Notes under the pieces: generated by a model
The model's database searches: none
Told to the model about the DNA's origin: nothing
What the model saw: the letters and a program-made list of their open reading frames with translations, nothing else
Shown here: piece after piece, positions 1 to 11,655 of the stretch
Numbering within the stretch: the stretch's first letter is position 1
How the letters are laid out: every line of letters begins with the position of its first letter
Program-made: the position numbers and the translations under genes
NCBI GenBank assembly: GCA_973895155.1
Contig: OZ316894.1
Coordinates: 15,368,699 to 15,432,698 of the forward strand
Length of the DNA stretch: 64,000 bases
DNA from: Marsupella aquatica
Lineage: Eukaryota > Plantae > Marchantiophyta
Direction: 5' to 3'

Positions 1-1
1 G

Positions 2-1486
2 ACTCTTCTTGGCTCCATCCAACAAGGGTCCATACTTCCCACTAACCTCCTTCACCACCATCTCGATAGCTTGGGAGATCACATCCGGGGAAAGTGTGGA
101 GCCAGGTGTGCCGGGACTCTTCCATTTCCCTAGACTCAGGGCCTCACTTCTCTTCGCTCGTGTCTCAAAGGCTGCCACCTGACTCCGTAGTGCTCCCACC
201 TGGTTCCTCCACTCCATCACTTCTCCAGAATTTTGCTTCTCTTTGGCCAATGCTTGCCTCAACGCTCCTACTTCTTCTGCTTCCTTGGCCTTGGTGGACA
301 AAGCTCCCTTCAAGTTGGTGATCTCTACGTGAGCTGCATTGATGTGCCTGACCTTCTCATGAATGGTCTGCTCCTTGGTCTTGATCACCTCCTTCAGTGA
401 CAGGATGCTCTGCTCTAACGTCTCTACTTTGACTGTGGCGTGCTTGAGAGACTCCCTCAATGCGTGGACTAGCTTGAGTCCCTCGTGGACTCCCTCTCTG
501 AAATCCCGTAGCTCTGCCAAGTAAACATCCGGAATGTTGTATTCCAGAGGCTGTTTCGGATCTCCCACGAGTGATTCAAGCCACTCCAATGTGCAATCAT
601 CCTCCTGGTTCTCTTCTTCTCTATTATCCTCCCCACCAGCAGACAATGATTCCTCCGTGAGCTTCCCTAAAACGGTAGTGGCAATACTCCGGATCTCCGT
701 GGTGAGAGATGATCCCGTGTCTTCATGCCCCGGAGAACCAATCAACCCTTCTGCCCTGGCCAATACAAATGACCCCATCAAATGTACAGCCCCACCTGGT
801 TTCACACTCCCGGGCTCAGCGGCCAATAGCTTCTTCAATCCGTAGCACCACCATCCGTACACATGGGCTGGGTAGTTCTTGATGTCCATAGCTACCACGA
901 AATGCTCCTCATTCAGCACTCCGGATTGCACGTTGCCAAGAACCCGTTGATGCACCTTGGCCAGGAAGCCCTTATACTCAACATCCTTGACAGCAGAAAG
1001 AGGGATGGCGGTGGTGGAGGTAGGATTGGTCACCCAAGTGGCCACCATTTTCAACGTGAGTTCTCCCCTGATATTCCGAGGTGTGAATGAGAATTTCTGA
1101 TTCTCAAGAAACAATAGCTTAGCCAACTCCACATGGGGCACTACACGTTTGAGACATTCAAAGTAGATTCCCTCCGTTCGGAACTCCATCCCGGCCTCAA
1201 TGTCCCAGCTCTTCCCTGAAGGGATGGTAATCTCCACCTTCATGAATTCTGTAAGCCCGGTGGCTTGGAAAATGTTCCGACAATCCTCCATCACCTTGGT
1301 GGAGGTCTTGGGATAAATTCGACGAAAAATCTTCCTACCCACCGGTGAGGAACCCGCTGCCAATCCCGTGCTCATCATAACTTCTCTCTCTTCCCTTTCC
1401 CGTGTAATCCGAGTCTCCACGTAGTCACGGTAAGCAGCCTTGTATCTCCGAATGCGTGACGCACTAAACTCTGGTTGATCTAGCAT
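2..1486 (-). CDS. Long ORF (>=495 codons, open at left edge) with acidic and coiled-coil regions; retroelement accessory protein
   Basis: Manual translation MLDQPEFSASRIRRYKAAY...IFQATGLTEFMKVEI...ETLEQSILSLKEVIKTKEQTIHEK... has no stop down to position 2; missing from the ORF track because it has no stop in the window. Confidence 0.65.
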   Translation of the reverse strand, partial: MLDQPEFSASRIRRYKAAYRDYVETRITREREEREVMMSTGLAAGSSPVGRKIFRRIYPKTSTKVMEDCRNIFQATGLTEFMKVEITIPSGKSWDIEAGMEFRTEGIYFECLKRVVPHVELAKLLFLENQKFSFTPRNIRGELTLKMVATWVTNPTSTTAIPLSAVKDVEYKGFLAKVHQRVLGNVQSGVLNEEHFVVAMDIKNYPAHVYGWWCYGLKKLLAAEPGSVKPGGAVHLMGSFVLARAEGLIGSPGHEDTGSSLTTEIRSIATTVLGKLTEESLSAGGEDNREEENQEDDCTLEWLESLVGDPKQPLEYNIPDVYLAELRDFREGVHEGLKLVHALRESLKHATVKVETLEQSILSLKEVIKTKEQTIHEKVRHINAAHVEITNLKGALSTKAKEAEEVGALRQALAKEKQNSGEVMEWRNQVGALRSQVAAFETRAKRSEALSLGKWKSPGTPGSTLSPDVISQAIEMVVKEVSGKYGPLLDGAKKS

Positions 1487-1907
1487 CCATGCATCCCGAA
1501 ATCAATTTCTCAATCACCAATCCCGTCACCCGTGGCAATGTCAATTCCCTGGCCCGAAACAGCCCCCGTAGCCCGATCACTTAAATTCTCTCAATTTCCC
1601 GTCACTACTCCGTGCGGCCGCCACTAATGCCTGGAAGAATGACGCCAGCAAGCCCCACTAATCCACCATGAAAGAGAGAGCTTCAAAAATAATTAGAATC
1701 TGGAGAGAGCTTCCGGCAAGAGAGAGAAGAACCCCGTTTTTGCTTTCGGCAATGAGAGGGTCGTGCAAAAGGAAGAGGGAAAGAAAAAGGAAGGAAAAAA
1801 AAATAGAACCGAAAAAACTCCTGGCGCCTTCGCCATGCGCCCCGGCCCATTTCTCGGGCCTTACCCTTGCGTCCTCCTGCGCGCGGCCCTATGCAGGGCG
1901 CGCGGCC

Positions 1908-2162
1908 ATTCCTCCCGGCTCGCGGGAGGCCCTTCAACTCCCCCCCGCTCGCGTGATCCTCCCAGCTCGCGGGAGGCCCTTTAACTCCCCCCCGCTCGCG
2001 TGATCCTCCCAGCTCGCGGGAGGCCCTTTAACTCCCCCCCGCTCGCGTGATCCTCCCAGCTCGCGGGAGGCCCTTTAACTCCCCCCCGCTCGCGTGATCC
2101 TCCCAGCTCGCGGGAGGCCCTTTAACTCCCCCCCGCTCGCGTGATCCTCCCAGCTCGCGGGA
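1908..2162. repeat. 47-bp GC-rich tandem repeat, ~5.3 copies
   Basis: GATCCTCCC recurs at 1955, 2002, 2049, 2096, 2143; each unit contains CCTCCC-n7-GGGAGG inverted repeat. Confidence 0.95.
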
Positions 2163-2165
2163 CCT

Positions 2166-2276
2166 CATTAATTGCCCGGGCACGCAGCCCTATGGGCTCG
2201 CAAGGCAGCCCCTTCAGCTCGCGGAGCCCCATTAATCGCCCGGGCACGCAGCCCTATGGGCTCGCGAGGCAGCCCC
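2166..2276. repeat. Two copies of a ~64-bp repeat
   Basis: CATTAATYGCCCGGGCACGCAGCCCTATGGGCTCGC at 2166 and 2230. Confidence 0.85.
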
Positions 2277-2634
2277 TCTTTCTCTCGGACGGCCACTAAT
2301 GGGACTCGCCCTCCTGAGGAGGGATTTATTTAAAAAAAAACCCCCCCCTCTCCTGACTTTGCAATGGGGGTCTCAACAATAGCTCTTGAAGCAAAACGGT
2401 AAGTCCTATGGGGCTGGTCCTGGCTAGTTTCAAGGTCCCAAAATATTTGCCCACTTAGGTCACCGCAAATCTTAGAACTATTATGAGAGAAAGAATATAA
2501 AGTCACCTGGGGCATCATCAACCTATAATGACGGAATTAACTAAAAATTAAAAAATGGCTTATTTACATTGACTATTAACAAGGTATCGGCCTTTGCAAC
2601 CAGTTATGTGTGACTTCCCGTGACGGGGTACCCG

Positions 2635-3600
2635 TCACATCACTCGTTTGGCTGCATCTGTGAAACGCTTGGGCGGCTTTCCCTCCTGGTCGGCCACCTT
2701 CTGCATCTCAGCTACCTTCTGCTCAAGTGGCTTCAGGTCGTGGTCAGGGGGGAGCTTCCCGGCCTCCTTTGCTTTCAAGGCTCGATCTAGATTGCCCTTC
2801 CACTCTTCCAACTCGTGAGCTGCCTTAATTTGCACCTCAATCTTGTAAAACGAATTCCAGATGTCCTCGGTGAAGTGGAGGGGTCTGCGCAAGTTCCTGT
2901 ATGATCTCAAGTCTTTCAGGTGGGCTCTAATCTTCATCCTGTCATGGTATCGCATTTGAGACATAGAATTTGAAATCTTATCTGCCAACCATTGCTCATC
3001 TATGTCAGGCCCATTGCGAAATGCATCCTTGATTTGGTTGATGACCCTCTTTCGCTCTGCCTTCTCAATCTTTCCCCACTGCATGCCTCGTGAGAAATTT
3101 CTTGTGATAATCTGCTTGATTGTGCTCTTAGCCCCTGCATACGCTAGCTCAGTTGGAGTCCCACTCGTCTCCAAGGCAATGAATGGAAGTTTTTTTCTTG
3201 CTTCCTCTTTCTGACGTTGCTCCTCCCTCTGTTTTCGAATTGAATCTCTCTCCTCTCTTCTCTTCTGCTTCTCTAGGGCTTGAGGAGAGGCAACTCCCGA
3301 CTTAGTTCTTTCCTCTCTCTTCCTTTTTTTCTCTCTAGCCTTCTCTTCAGCTGCGGCCCTCTCCTCCCCCTCTCTAGTAGCTTGTCCTGCTACAATCCCA
3401 GTTTGCAAAACCTGTCCAAGAATGGCACTCAAAGAGGCAAGCCCTGCTGGAGAATTGAGATTCACTTCTCCCAATTGTGCAGCACTGAGATGTTGGGCCA
3501 CTAAGTCTGCCCAGGCATTCTTCTCTTTCTCTGGATTTCCCCCATTGCCACTACCACTACCACTACCACCTTGCCCTCCACTCCCCTCACCGGTAGCCAT
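2635..3600 (-). CDS. TnpA/Ptta-like accessory protein of CACTA-1, first coding exon
   Basis: 321-aa ORF; WGKIEKAERKRVINQIKDAF...WLADKISNSM...RPLHFTEDIWNSF resembles the En/Spm TnpA/Ptta-type core; probably continues in further exons toward the insertion at 2378. Confidence 0.55.
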   Translation of the reverse strand: MATGEGSGGQGGSGSGSGNGGNPEKEKNAWADLVAQHLSAAQLGEVNLNSPAGLASLSAILGQVLQTGIVAGQATREGEERAAAEEKAREKKRKREERTKSGVASPQALEKQKRREERDSIRKQREEQRQKEEARKKLPFIALETSGTPTELAYAGAKSTIKQIITRNFSRGMQWGKIEKAERKRVINQIKDAFRNGPDIDEQWLADKISNSMSQMRYHDRMKIRAHLKDLRSYRNLRRPLHFTEDIWNSFYKIEVQIKAAHELEEWKGNLDRALKAKEAGKLPPDHDLKPLEQKVAEMQKVADQEGKPPKRFTDAAKRVM

Positions 3601-3684
3601 AGCTCCCCTCTCTCACAGTCTCCCTCGTACTGTTGCGCGCGGCCCGGCCCTTCTCGTCTCGCTCAAAAATTGAAATGAGCCCGA

Positions 3685-3940
3685 ATGCGAGCTCCCGCCG
3701 ATGTTTACGCCGTTCAAAAACGGGTTTGCGATGACATACGCATGGGAAACTGCGAAGCCCGCGCCCTCGCAAATAGTCTCGCAACTTGCGAGGCACTTCT
3801 GAATCTATTCCCTTCGCAAAGCCATCGCAACCCGCAGAAGACCCAAAAAATCATTCTCGGCCTCTGTTTTTGCGAAGGAAGTGCGAAGGTCGTAGGTTCG
3901 CAAAAAGATTCTCTAACTTGTGAAATAATTTGCGAGGCAG
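3685..3940. promoter_or_regulatory. Cluster of TTGCGA/TCGCAA motifs upstream of the TnpA-like gene
   Basis: About a dozen copies in both orientations; same motif as the subterminal repeats at 16060-16385. Confidence 0.55.
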
Positions 3941-3949
3941 GTCTTATCG

Positions 3950-4890
3950 GTTTAGGGTTGGAAAACACTTTGGGGTGTCAAACGGCTATTAAGGTTTGTC
4001 AAACGACATTTAAGGTATGTTAAGTGCCCATAAGTTAACATGGAAGGGGTGTCAATGGATGTTTGGGTTGTAAGGATAACTAGAATATAAGTTAACAAAG
4101 GTTTGGGTTTAATTAAAGGTTAGGTTTATATTTGGTTTTAATCTAGGAGTATTTGGTTTAATTAAGGGGGTTAAAACTTGGGTTAGGTTGGAATAAAAGG
4201 GTTGGGTTTAAATTAATGGGTTTGGCTTAGGGTTCAAGGTAGAGGTTTGCATTAGGTTGTGATTAATTACAGGGGTTGGGTTTGGTTTTAGTTGAGGGGT
4301 TGAATTGTGGTTGTTTTTTAAAGGGATTGGGTTTGGTTTTTAGTTGGGGGGTTGAATTGTGGTTTTTTTAAAGGGGTTGGGTTTCTAATGTAAGTGTTTG
4401 GGTTGGGGTGTAACATGATATAGGGTTGGATTTGGTTCTAATTGAGGGGGTACAATTTTTGCTTAAGTTTTAAAAAAGGGCCTCAATTTAGGGGTTAGGG
4501 TGAAGTTTAGAATAACTATAGGGGTGGGGGTTGGCCTATATAGGTAAAGTAAGGTGTAGATAGGGTAAGAGTTTTATATGTAATTGGGGGATTTGGGTTG
4601 GGTTTAGGGTAAAGGTTTGAAATTTTAATGAGGGATTTGGGTATTGGTTAGGATAAGGGTAAGGGTTTAGGGTGCTTGAGGGATTTGGGTTAGGTTTTAA
4701 TGAAGGGTTTCATTTCATGGTTTGGGTTTAGGGTAGGGGTTTGGGTTTAGGGTAAAGGTTTGAATTTTTAATGAGGGATTTGGGTATTGGTTAGGATAAG
4801 GGTAAGGGTTTAGGGTGATTGAGGGATTTGGGTTAGGTTTTAATGAAGGGTTTCATTTCATGGTTTGGGTTTAGGGTAGGGTTTGGGTTA
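3950..4890 (+). repeat. Degenerate telomere-like G/T-rich tract including a ~143-bp direct duplication (~4600-4890)
   Basis: Many GGTTTAGGG/TTTGGG units; very few C on the plus strand. Confidence 0.8.
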
Positions 4891-5321
4891 CTTATATTTC
4901 TTTGTCTATCTCATTAACATGGAGAGGAAAACTCTTTGGCGTTGTAGGGCACTTCCCCATGTTTTTTAAAGTTTTGGCTAATGCATGATAATGCCTTGCG
5001 AGAGCCCGGGCATCTGAAAGGTATAACATTTTCTCATGCATTTCTAGTCATTGCTGTAAATATGGAGGGTTACAATCTATCATCCTTTTTTTCTGGTTCA
5101 CCATAAGGCATGGCTTAATTCATTGTATATTGGCAGATTTTCCCCTCCTTCCAGATTTGGTTCATGAAATTTGAGCCACAAGATCCATCAAGGCATTGCT
5201 AAGCCCGGGTCTCATAAAGGTATTTTTCTGTCAATTCTTTTTAATATGTTTAGGTAGGGATTATCAATGATGGTTTTGGTGAAGTTTTTACTAATCGCCT
5301 TCCAATTGCTATACTTGTCAG

Positions 5322-5555
5322 ATGTCTTCATCCTCTACAACTTCCACCACATCAGATTCCTCTTCCGATGAAGAAAGTCATCCTCCTCCTCAACCTGAAC
5401 CAACCGTACGTCGACCTAGTGGTCCACCACGCCAACTTTGTGGTTGTAAAAAATGTGTGGGGATGGTTGTCCAAAAGTCATATGTATGTGCGGAGCACAT
5501 TGCTCGATATGGCCAACATTGAGGTCTTACACCGGGAGCTTCTTCATCCCGTATG
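5322..5555 (+). CDS. First coding exon of CACTA-1: transposase-associated Zn-binding motif
   Basis: CGCKKC...EHIARYG matches the CPCAIC...RHIAVHG motif at the start of the CACTA-2 transposase; phase-0 donor ATG|GTGAGG after 5555; one in-frame TGA at 5520-5522. Confidence 0.7.
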
Positions 5556-5842
5556 GTGAGGTGTAAACTTACTGTGATTTCCATTTTATTTTGTAAATCT
5601 TGCTAGGTAGCATAAAATAAAATTTGGGAGGTTCATCACACTCACTTGGTTCCATTTCTTCCTATAGGTATCCAGTAGGCCTACACCCACTACACCAACA
5701 CCCTATGTTCCCTCACAAGGAGTTCTAGATGCTATAGGCTCGGCACTTTCACAAGCTTTTCGTTTAGTGGCAGCAGGGCAAGGTAGTGTTGGGACAATTA
5801 AGGGTGACGGTATTGTTACAAGAGGGAAAAAAAAGTCAAAAA

Positions 5843-5989
5843 TGTTATGAATACACAAGATGATAGTAGTCAATAATCCCCACTCACTTCCATTATGCCA
5901 AGGACTTATATAGTCCAGAAGGGTTAACATGGTTGGGTTAATGTTAACCTATCCTATACTAGGGTTAAGTCATATTATGGGTTATAACA
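5843..5989 (-). repeat. 3' LTR of Bianca-like Copia
   Basis: Apparently identical to 11487-11633. Confidence 0.95.
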
Positions 5990-6328
5990 CTTCCCCTTGG
6001 TTACTTGGACGGGGTGTCAAGGAACCACACATTTAACCCTAGTTTAAAAGTGGGAGTCACTTATGATGTAGCCTCATCAAACCTTGCTGCTTTCCTCTCA
6101 AGGAAGAGTACTACCATCATTACAATTTGTGGTCCCTAATTCAGAAAGTCTCTAATGTGTATGCTCTAAGTCTAAAAGTAGCCTATTACTGTCTAAGCCA
6201 GTGGGCTAAGAGTAAGTAAGCGTTTATTTGTTACTCTAGTCGGGGTAGTATTGTATTCATGACGGGGGAACATGTGTCTCTCTGTAAACTGTTCGTTAGA
6301 TACTACGATTTAGTAGTTTGTCGAGGTT

Positions 6329-9300
6329 CTACTTCGATTTTGCGTTGGCTGTGTGTTCGTGTCGGGAGTTGTCGTTAGTCGAGGAGGTTAGGGAGGAGAG
6401 ACGATGCATTCCAATGGCGCTGACGTGCTTTTGATGTGTAGTCGCTGGTAGCGGCTTGGTGAAGAGGTCGGCGCAATTGTCTTGTGAGCTTATCCACTTT
6501 ACTTGTATTTGCTTTCCGCTGTGTTCGTGCGTAAAGAAAAATTTCGGGTCTATGTGCTTGGTTCGATCGGTCTTCATGTAGCCTGTAACTATCTGGTCGA
6601 CGCATGCCCTATTGTCCTCGTAGATGGTGGTTGGATTTGTGAGTAAGGTTTTTCCTGTCTATTTGAGTATATGTGTGATTATACTACGGAGCCAAATCGC
6701 TTCGCGGCATGCCTCATAGAGGGCAATTACTTCGGCGTGATTCGATGACGTTGTGGTTAGGCTCTGCTTCGTGCTTCTCCAAGATATGGCGGTTTTACCC
6801 TGCAAGAAGACGTATCCTGTCTGCGACTTTGAATCTTGGGGGTCTGAGAGGTATCTAGCGTCCGCGTATCCTGTAAGTTCATCCTCGCTTTCGTTGGGGA
6901 AGAATAGTCCCATGTCAATTGTTCCTTGGAGGTATCGGAATACTCGTTTTATGCCGTTCCAGTGGCGTATTGTCGGGTGCGCGCTATGTCGTGCGAGGAG
7001 GCTCACTGCAAAGGATATATCCGGTCGGGTGTTGTTGGCCAGGTAAAGGAGGGCTCCGATAGCCGATAAGTATGGCTTATCTGAATCTAGTATTGGTTCG
7101 TTGTCTTGTCTTTGCCTGAACATGTCCTTCGCAGTGTCTAAGGATCTCAGCTCCATTGGTGTTGATACCGGGTATGCCTTTTGCATATTGAATTGTTGGA
7201 GGATTTTGTTTGTATAGGTAGATTGGCTAATGAATGTGCCTGTCTGTAGGTGATCGAACTGAAGGCCGAGGCAGTAAGTCGGTTCTCCCAGTTCTTTCAT
7301 CTCGAAAATGCCCTTCATTGTGTTGATTGTTTGTCGTAATAGTCGTTGTGTACCGAAGAGATTAATGTCATCGACATATAGCGCTAACACGACGAACTCT
7401 GTGTCTACTCTTTTGATGAATATACAGGGCGCTATGTCTTCTGTAATAAATCCGAGTGCTTGTATTTCGGTTTTAAATTTCTGGTACCATATACGGCCGC
7501 TTTGTTTCAGGCCGTTTATGGATTTCAATACTTGCACAGCAAATGCCTGCTGTCCAGTCCTTCGTTTTCCGGGGTACTGGAGTGGTGCTTTCTGTGTGTT
7601 GCCACTGCTCAACACAAGGCCTTTACAATCATCATTAGGGATAATCTGGTCAATTCCCGACTTCATATCCTTGCTCAGGTTCGGGTATTGCTTCCCCTGA
7701 ATGTGTTCTGCCACTCTTTCGAGTAATTCCTTTGGTGCTTTCATATGAATTTTGGAGTCTAAGACTCCATATAGGTATGCCGTTACTACGTCCATAAGGA
7801 TATTGCATAACTGGTGTTTGCGAGAGAAAGCAATTAAATACCTGAATGTCGTCACGTCCATTACTGGTGAATATGTTAGATCATAGTCCCTGCCTGGGAT
7901 CTGGGTGTATCCTTTTGCTACTAACCGCGCTCTGTATCTGATAACATCACCTTTTGCATTTCACTTTTTAATGAACGTAAATCGGCTGTCTGTATAGTCA
8001 TTGTTAGGATCAACTTGTTTGACTGGTCCGAAGACTTGTCGACGGATTAGTGCATCCATTTCTGTGTCAATGGCCTCTTTCCAGTGTGGCCAATCTGACC
8101 TTGTTTGTGCTTCTTTGATTGTTAAAGGGTCCGAAGTATCATTGGTTATTTCTTGAGCTATATGGTAAGCAAATTGTTCGTCGACAGTAGTGTTTTGTCT
8201 CGTGTAAATTTGTCCTGTATGCTTATACTGAATTGACATCTCCTCATTACCCGATATGTCTGGTGTCTCGGATTCATTATTAATGAAGTGAAAAGTAGTT
8301 TCAGGAATTACCTGATGGGGGCGTCTTTGGCGGGGTCGGGTATCATGTGATCCTGGTGGCCTACCTCTTTTCGCCTTAGGGGCAGCTACTGTTGCTAGAG
8401 GAGTATTCATTTGTACTCTGGCTGGTACATTGGTTGCCTCGTTGTGGGATTTTGTAACATTTGCTGCATCATTAAATGCATCTGGGATCTTATCCAGCAT
8501 CTCGTGGAGGTGGAGTAATCGTCTAACTTCTGCATCCGTTTGTTTCGTCCTCGGGTCCTGGTTGAGTAAGTTTCTGCTGTTCCAGTTGATCTGGTGTGGG
8601 TGCAAGTCCCCTGTCATTTGTTTGTCTATGCTTAGGGTGGGAAAAGTGTCTTCGTAAAAATGACAATCTGTATGTCTGGCCTTAAACACATCGGCTGTTG
8701 TCGGTTCCAGGTAGCGAATGATCGAGGATGAGTCATTTCCGATGTAGATTCCTTCTTGTCTTTGAGGTCCGATTTTTGTACGCTTGGGTCCCAGTATTGG
8801 GACCATGACTTTGCATCCAAATACCCGCAGGTGTGACAGGTCTGGAGGTAGTCCGAACGCTAAGTGGTGTGGAGTCTTTGTGTTGAACGCCGATGGTCTG
8901 TATTGAAGCAGTGTGGCAGCATGGAGGACTGCGTGTCCCCATGTGGATAGGGGTAACTTTGAATTCATTAACAGGGGTCTGGTTATCATCTGTATACGCT
9001 TGATAACGGATTCTGCCATTCCGTTTTGGAAATGGACATATGGGACTGAGTATTCAGTGTCAATGCCCGCTGCCCAGCAAAACTCATCGAATGCTTTTGA
9101 GGTGAATTCCCCTGCACCATCCACTCTCAGTTTCCGAATTGGATGTTCTGGGAATTGTGCTTTAAGCTTTAGAATGTTGGCCAGTATCCTAGCGAAGACC
9201 AAGTTGCGTGTAGAGAGTATAGATACTTGCAGCCATTTGGTCGAAGAGTCGATGATGGCCAGGAAATACTTAAACGGTCCACTTGGTGGGTGGATCGGGC

Positions 9301-10942
9301 CGCATACATCTGCGTTCAGGTGTTCCAGGAAGTTCGGGATGGCATAGATTGTCTTCTGTATTTGTGGGCGTGTAATCAGCTTCCCCTGAGAGCACGCCAG
9401 GCATTGCCTTTGTTTTGTTGATGGGTTGACTCCTTGGGGGATTCCACGGGAGTCATGAATAATTCTGCGGTACATATTTACTCCGGGGTGTCCCAGTCGA
9501 CAGTGCCATAAGTATGTGATATCAGGTAAGTCTGCAGTGACATAGTGAGCTTGAATTTGAGTTGCGTAGAGGCCTGGTGGTATAAGGGGTAAGGTTTCTT
9601 TAATATGTATACCTTGTTCGGTAACCTCCACGATTTGGAGGGTATCTTCCTCGTCTGTTTTCACTGTGCGCAGTTGATATTTATTTGCGACTATGTCTCG
9701 AAAGCTGATGAGGTTCCTTGTAGCTCGCGGGGCAAATATCGCTGCTTCGATGGCGAGTGCAGTGCCTCCTGGGAATATTACCGTGGCTGTGCCTTTACCC
9801 TCCTCAATCTGGTTTGTGCCTGAAATGGTGGTCATATGCCGGGCTGATGGGGTAATTGAGTGGAAATATTTCTTGTCCTTTAGTATTGTATGAGACGTAC
9901 CGCTGTCAATTATGCCCAGATTGGGGTCTTGTAGTGTGTAGGGTCCTCTTGCTGGAGTTACTATGTGGGTCTCCACTTCATGAGGTTGTTCGGGGTCTTT
10001 GTAGGTGGCTATTGCTTCTTCTAGCTCCATGTAGTTCCCTGCTGGGTTTTGTTTGAGTCTAGCTCTTGATTCTGTATGTTTCCTGGCTGTTTGGTCCGAT
10101 GCCCAACAATTTTTCTTCAGGTGTCCTATTTTTCCGCATCGGTAGCACATCCTGTCATCTTTGGTGTTGTCCGATGCATTATCACTCATCCTGCCTCTGC
10201 CGCCTACTCCCCTGCCTCTTGTGTTGTATGATTGTCGATATCCTCGACCTCTGTAGGATTGGTTTCTAGCTCTGCCTTGGTATCCGCCTCTGCCTCTTGG
10301 TCGGCCTCGTCCCATGTTATCTCGCTGATAGTAATTTATCTCTGGTTTGTGTGGTGGTGGTTCTGTTCCCGCAGGTCTTTTTCGGGCGTTTTGCATGGCG
10401 ACCACCTGTTGCTTCTCTTCTACAAGTAAATGTGCGATAAGATCTGAATATGTGGTGAATTGCATATTTCGGTACTGTGTACCGAGTGCAATGTTTGATT
10501 CGGGGAATGTACTCAGTGTCTTGTCGATCTTATCTGCGTCTGGGACTGGATGGCCGCAGAGTTCTAGTTGAGAGGTAATTTTAAATAGAGCGCTGTTGTA
10601 GTTAGCAATGGAAGTATGATCCATCACTCGTAGGTTGTACCAATCGCGGCGAGCCTCAGGAAGCCATATTTCGCGCATATGGTCGAATCGGGCCTTTAAC
10701 TTGTCCCACAGGAGTCGTGGATTGACTTCGTTCATGTATTGGGATTTTAGTGAGGGAACCAAGTGCTGGCGCAAAAGGAACACGGCCTTGGCCTTCTGTT
10801 GTAGAGTCAGATTTTGGTCTGTGATTAATGTATCTTCAAGCTCCAACGATGCGAAGTATGTTTCCGCATCTACGGCCCATGTCAAGTAGTTGCTGCCGTC
10901 TACTAGTAGGGCTAGGAAATGTAACTTCTCCAATGTCACCAT
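6329..10942 (-). pseudogene. Copia gag-pol (gag, CCHC, protease, integrase, RT, RNase H) with two in-frame stops
   Basis: CYRCGKIGHLKKNC, IIDSGTSH, WHCRLGH, VDGAGEF, YVDD, YEDN/ADLFTK; stops at 7961 and 6659. Confidence 0.95.
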
Positions 10943-11486
10943 GTCTATTTCGCCTGATTTTGGGCCTTATAAATATATGGTGTTCCTTTGTATCAAATGC
11001 CTATGACTTTCGCCTTGTCCCGCCCGATCGATCGGCTGTTGTGATGGATCAAGTTAACCAAAAGAAAGAGAAACGATAGCGATCCTTTCGCTCAAGGCAC
11101 GGGACTCATCTGCCCCTTGAATTGCATCCAAATTGTCCCCGATGGAGTTCGTTCGTATGTCCTTGTGTGCGGTCCTCAAAGTTTTCAGTTTTCGCCAATG
11201 TCTTTTATTTTGTTTTTCGCGTCTCGTCGCGTTGTCTCCTTCGTTCAAGGTTGAGAATCTTCGCTCGTGATTAGGCTCGACGCTCTATGGCCAGTTCTTT
11301 GTTCTTCGATCATAAGCTTGTTTTCTCTATTCTCGGGAGGTAGTTAGGCGGTTATTCTCGCCATTAGAGCAAAAAACACACAACATTGTGTTGTTTTCTT
11401 TGTGTGGACCTCGATCTATTGAGTTGTCAGATTTTGGGGAGGGAGCACATAAAAAAAATGTAATTGAGCAAGTCGCGCTGATAACG

Positions 11487-11633
11487 TGTTATGAATACAC
11501 AAGATGATAGTAGTCAATAATCCCCACTCACTTCCATTATGCCAAGGACTTATATAGTCCAGAAGGGTTAACATGGTTGGGTTAATGTTAACCTATCCTA
11601 TACTAGGGTTAAGTCATATTATGGGTTATAACA
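11487..11633 (-). repeat. 5' LTR of Bianca-like Copia
   Basis: Apparently identical to 5843-5989; PBS adjacent. Confidence 0.95.
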
Positions 11634-11655
11634 AAAAAGACAGCCTAGAGGGGAA

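Larger units (their letters stand above)
1..2378 (-). mobile_element. Partial LTR retroelement (probable LTR terminus at 2378), runs off the left edge
   Basis: Ends ...GTCTCAACA (minus strand TGTTGAGAC, LTR-like terminus); abrupt change to CACTA sequence after 2378; internal tandem repeats and long ORF. Other end and TSD lie outside the window. Confidence 0.5.
5843..11633 (-). mobile_element. Full-length Ty1/Copia retrotransposon, Bianca-like
   Basis: 147-bp TG..CA LTRs at 5843-5989 and 11487-11633; TSD AAAAA; PBS CGTTATCAGCGCG; PPT CAAGGGGAAG; gag start FLALLVDGSNYLTWAVDAE. Confidence 0.95.

Noticed and set aside
3950-4890. True telomere or chromosome-fusion scar
   Set aside because: Highly degenerate, no pure TTTAGGG array, and embedded between CACTA genes.
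6753-10889. Plus-strand ORFs overlapping Copia pol (and equivalents over Gypsy and L1)
   Set aside because: Antisense shadow frames of real coding sequence with no independent motifs.
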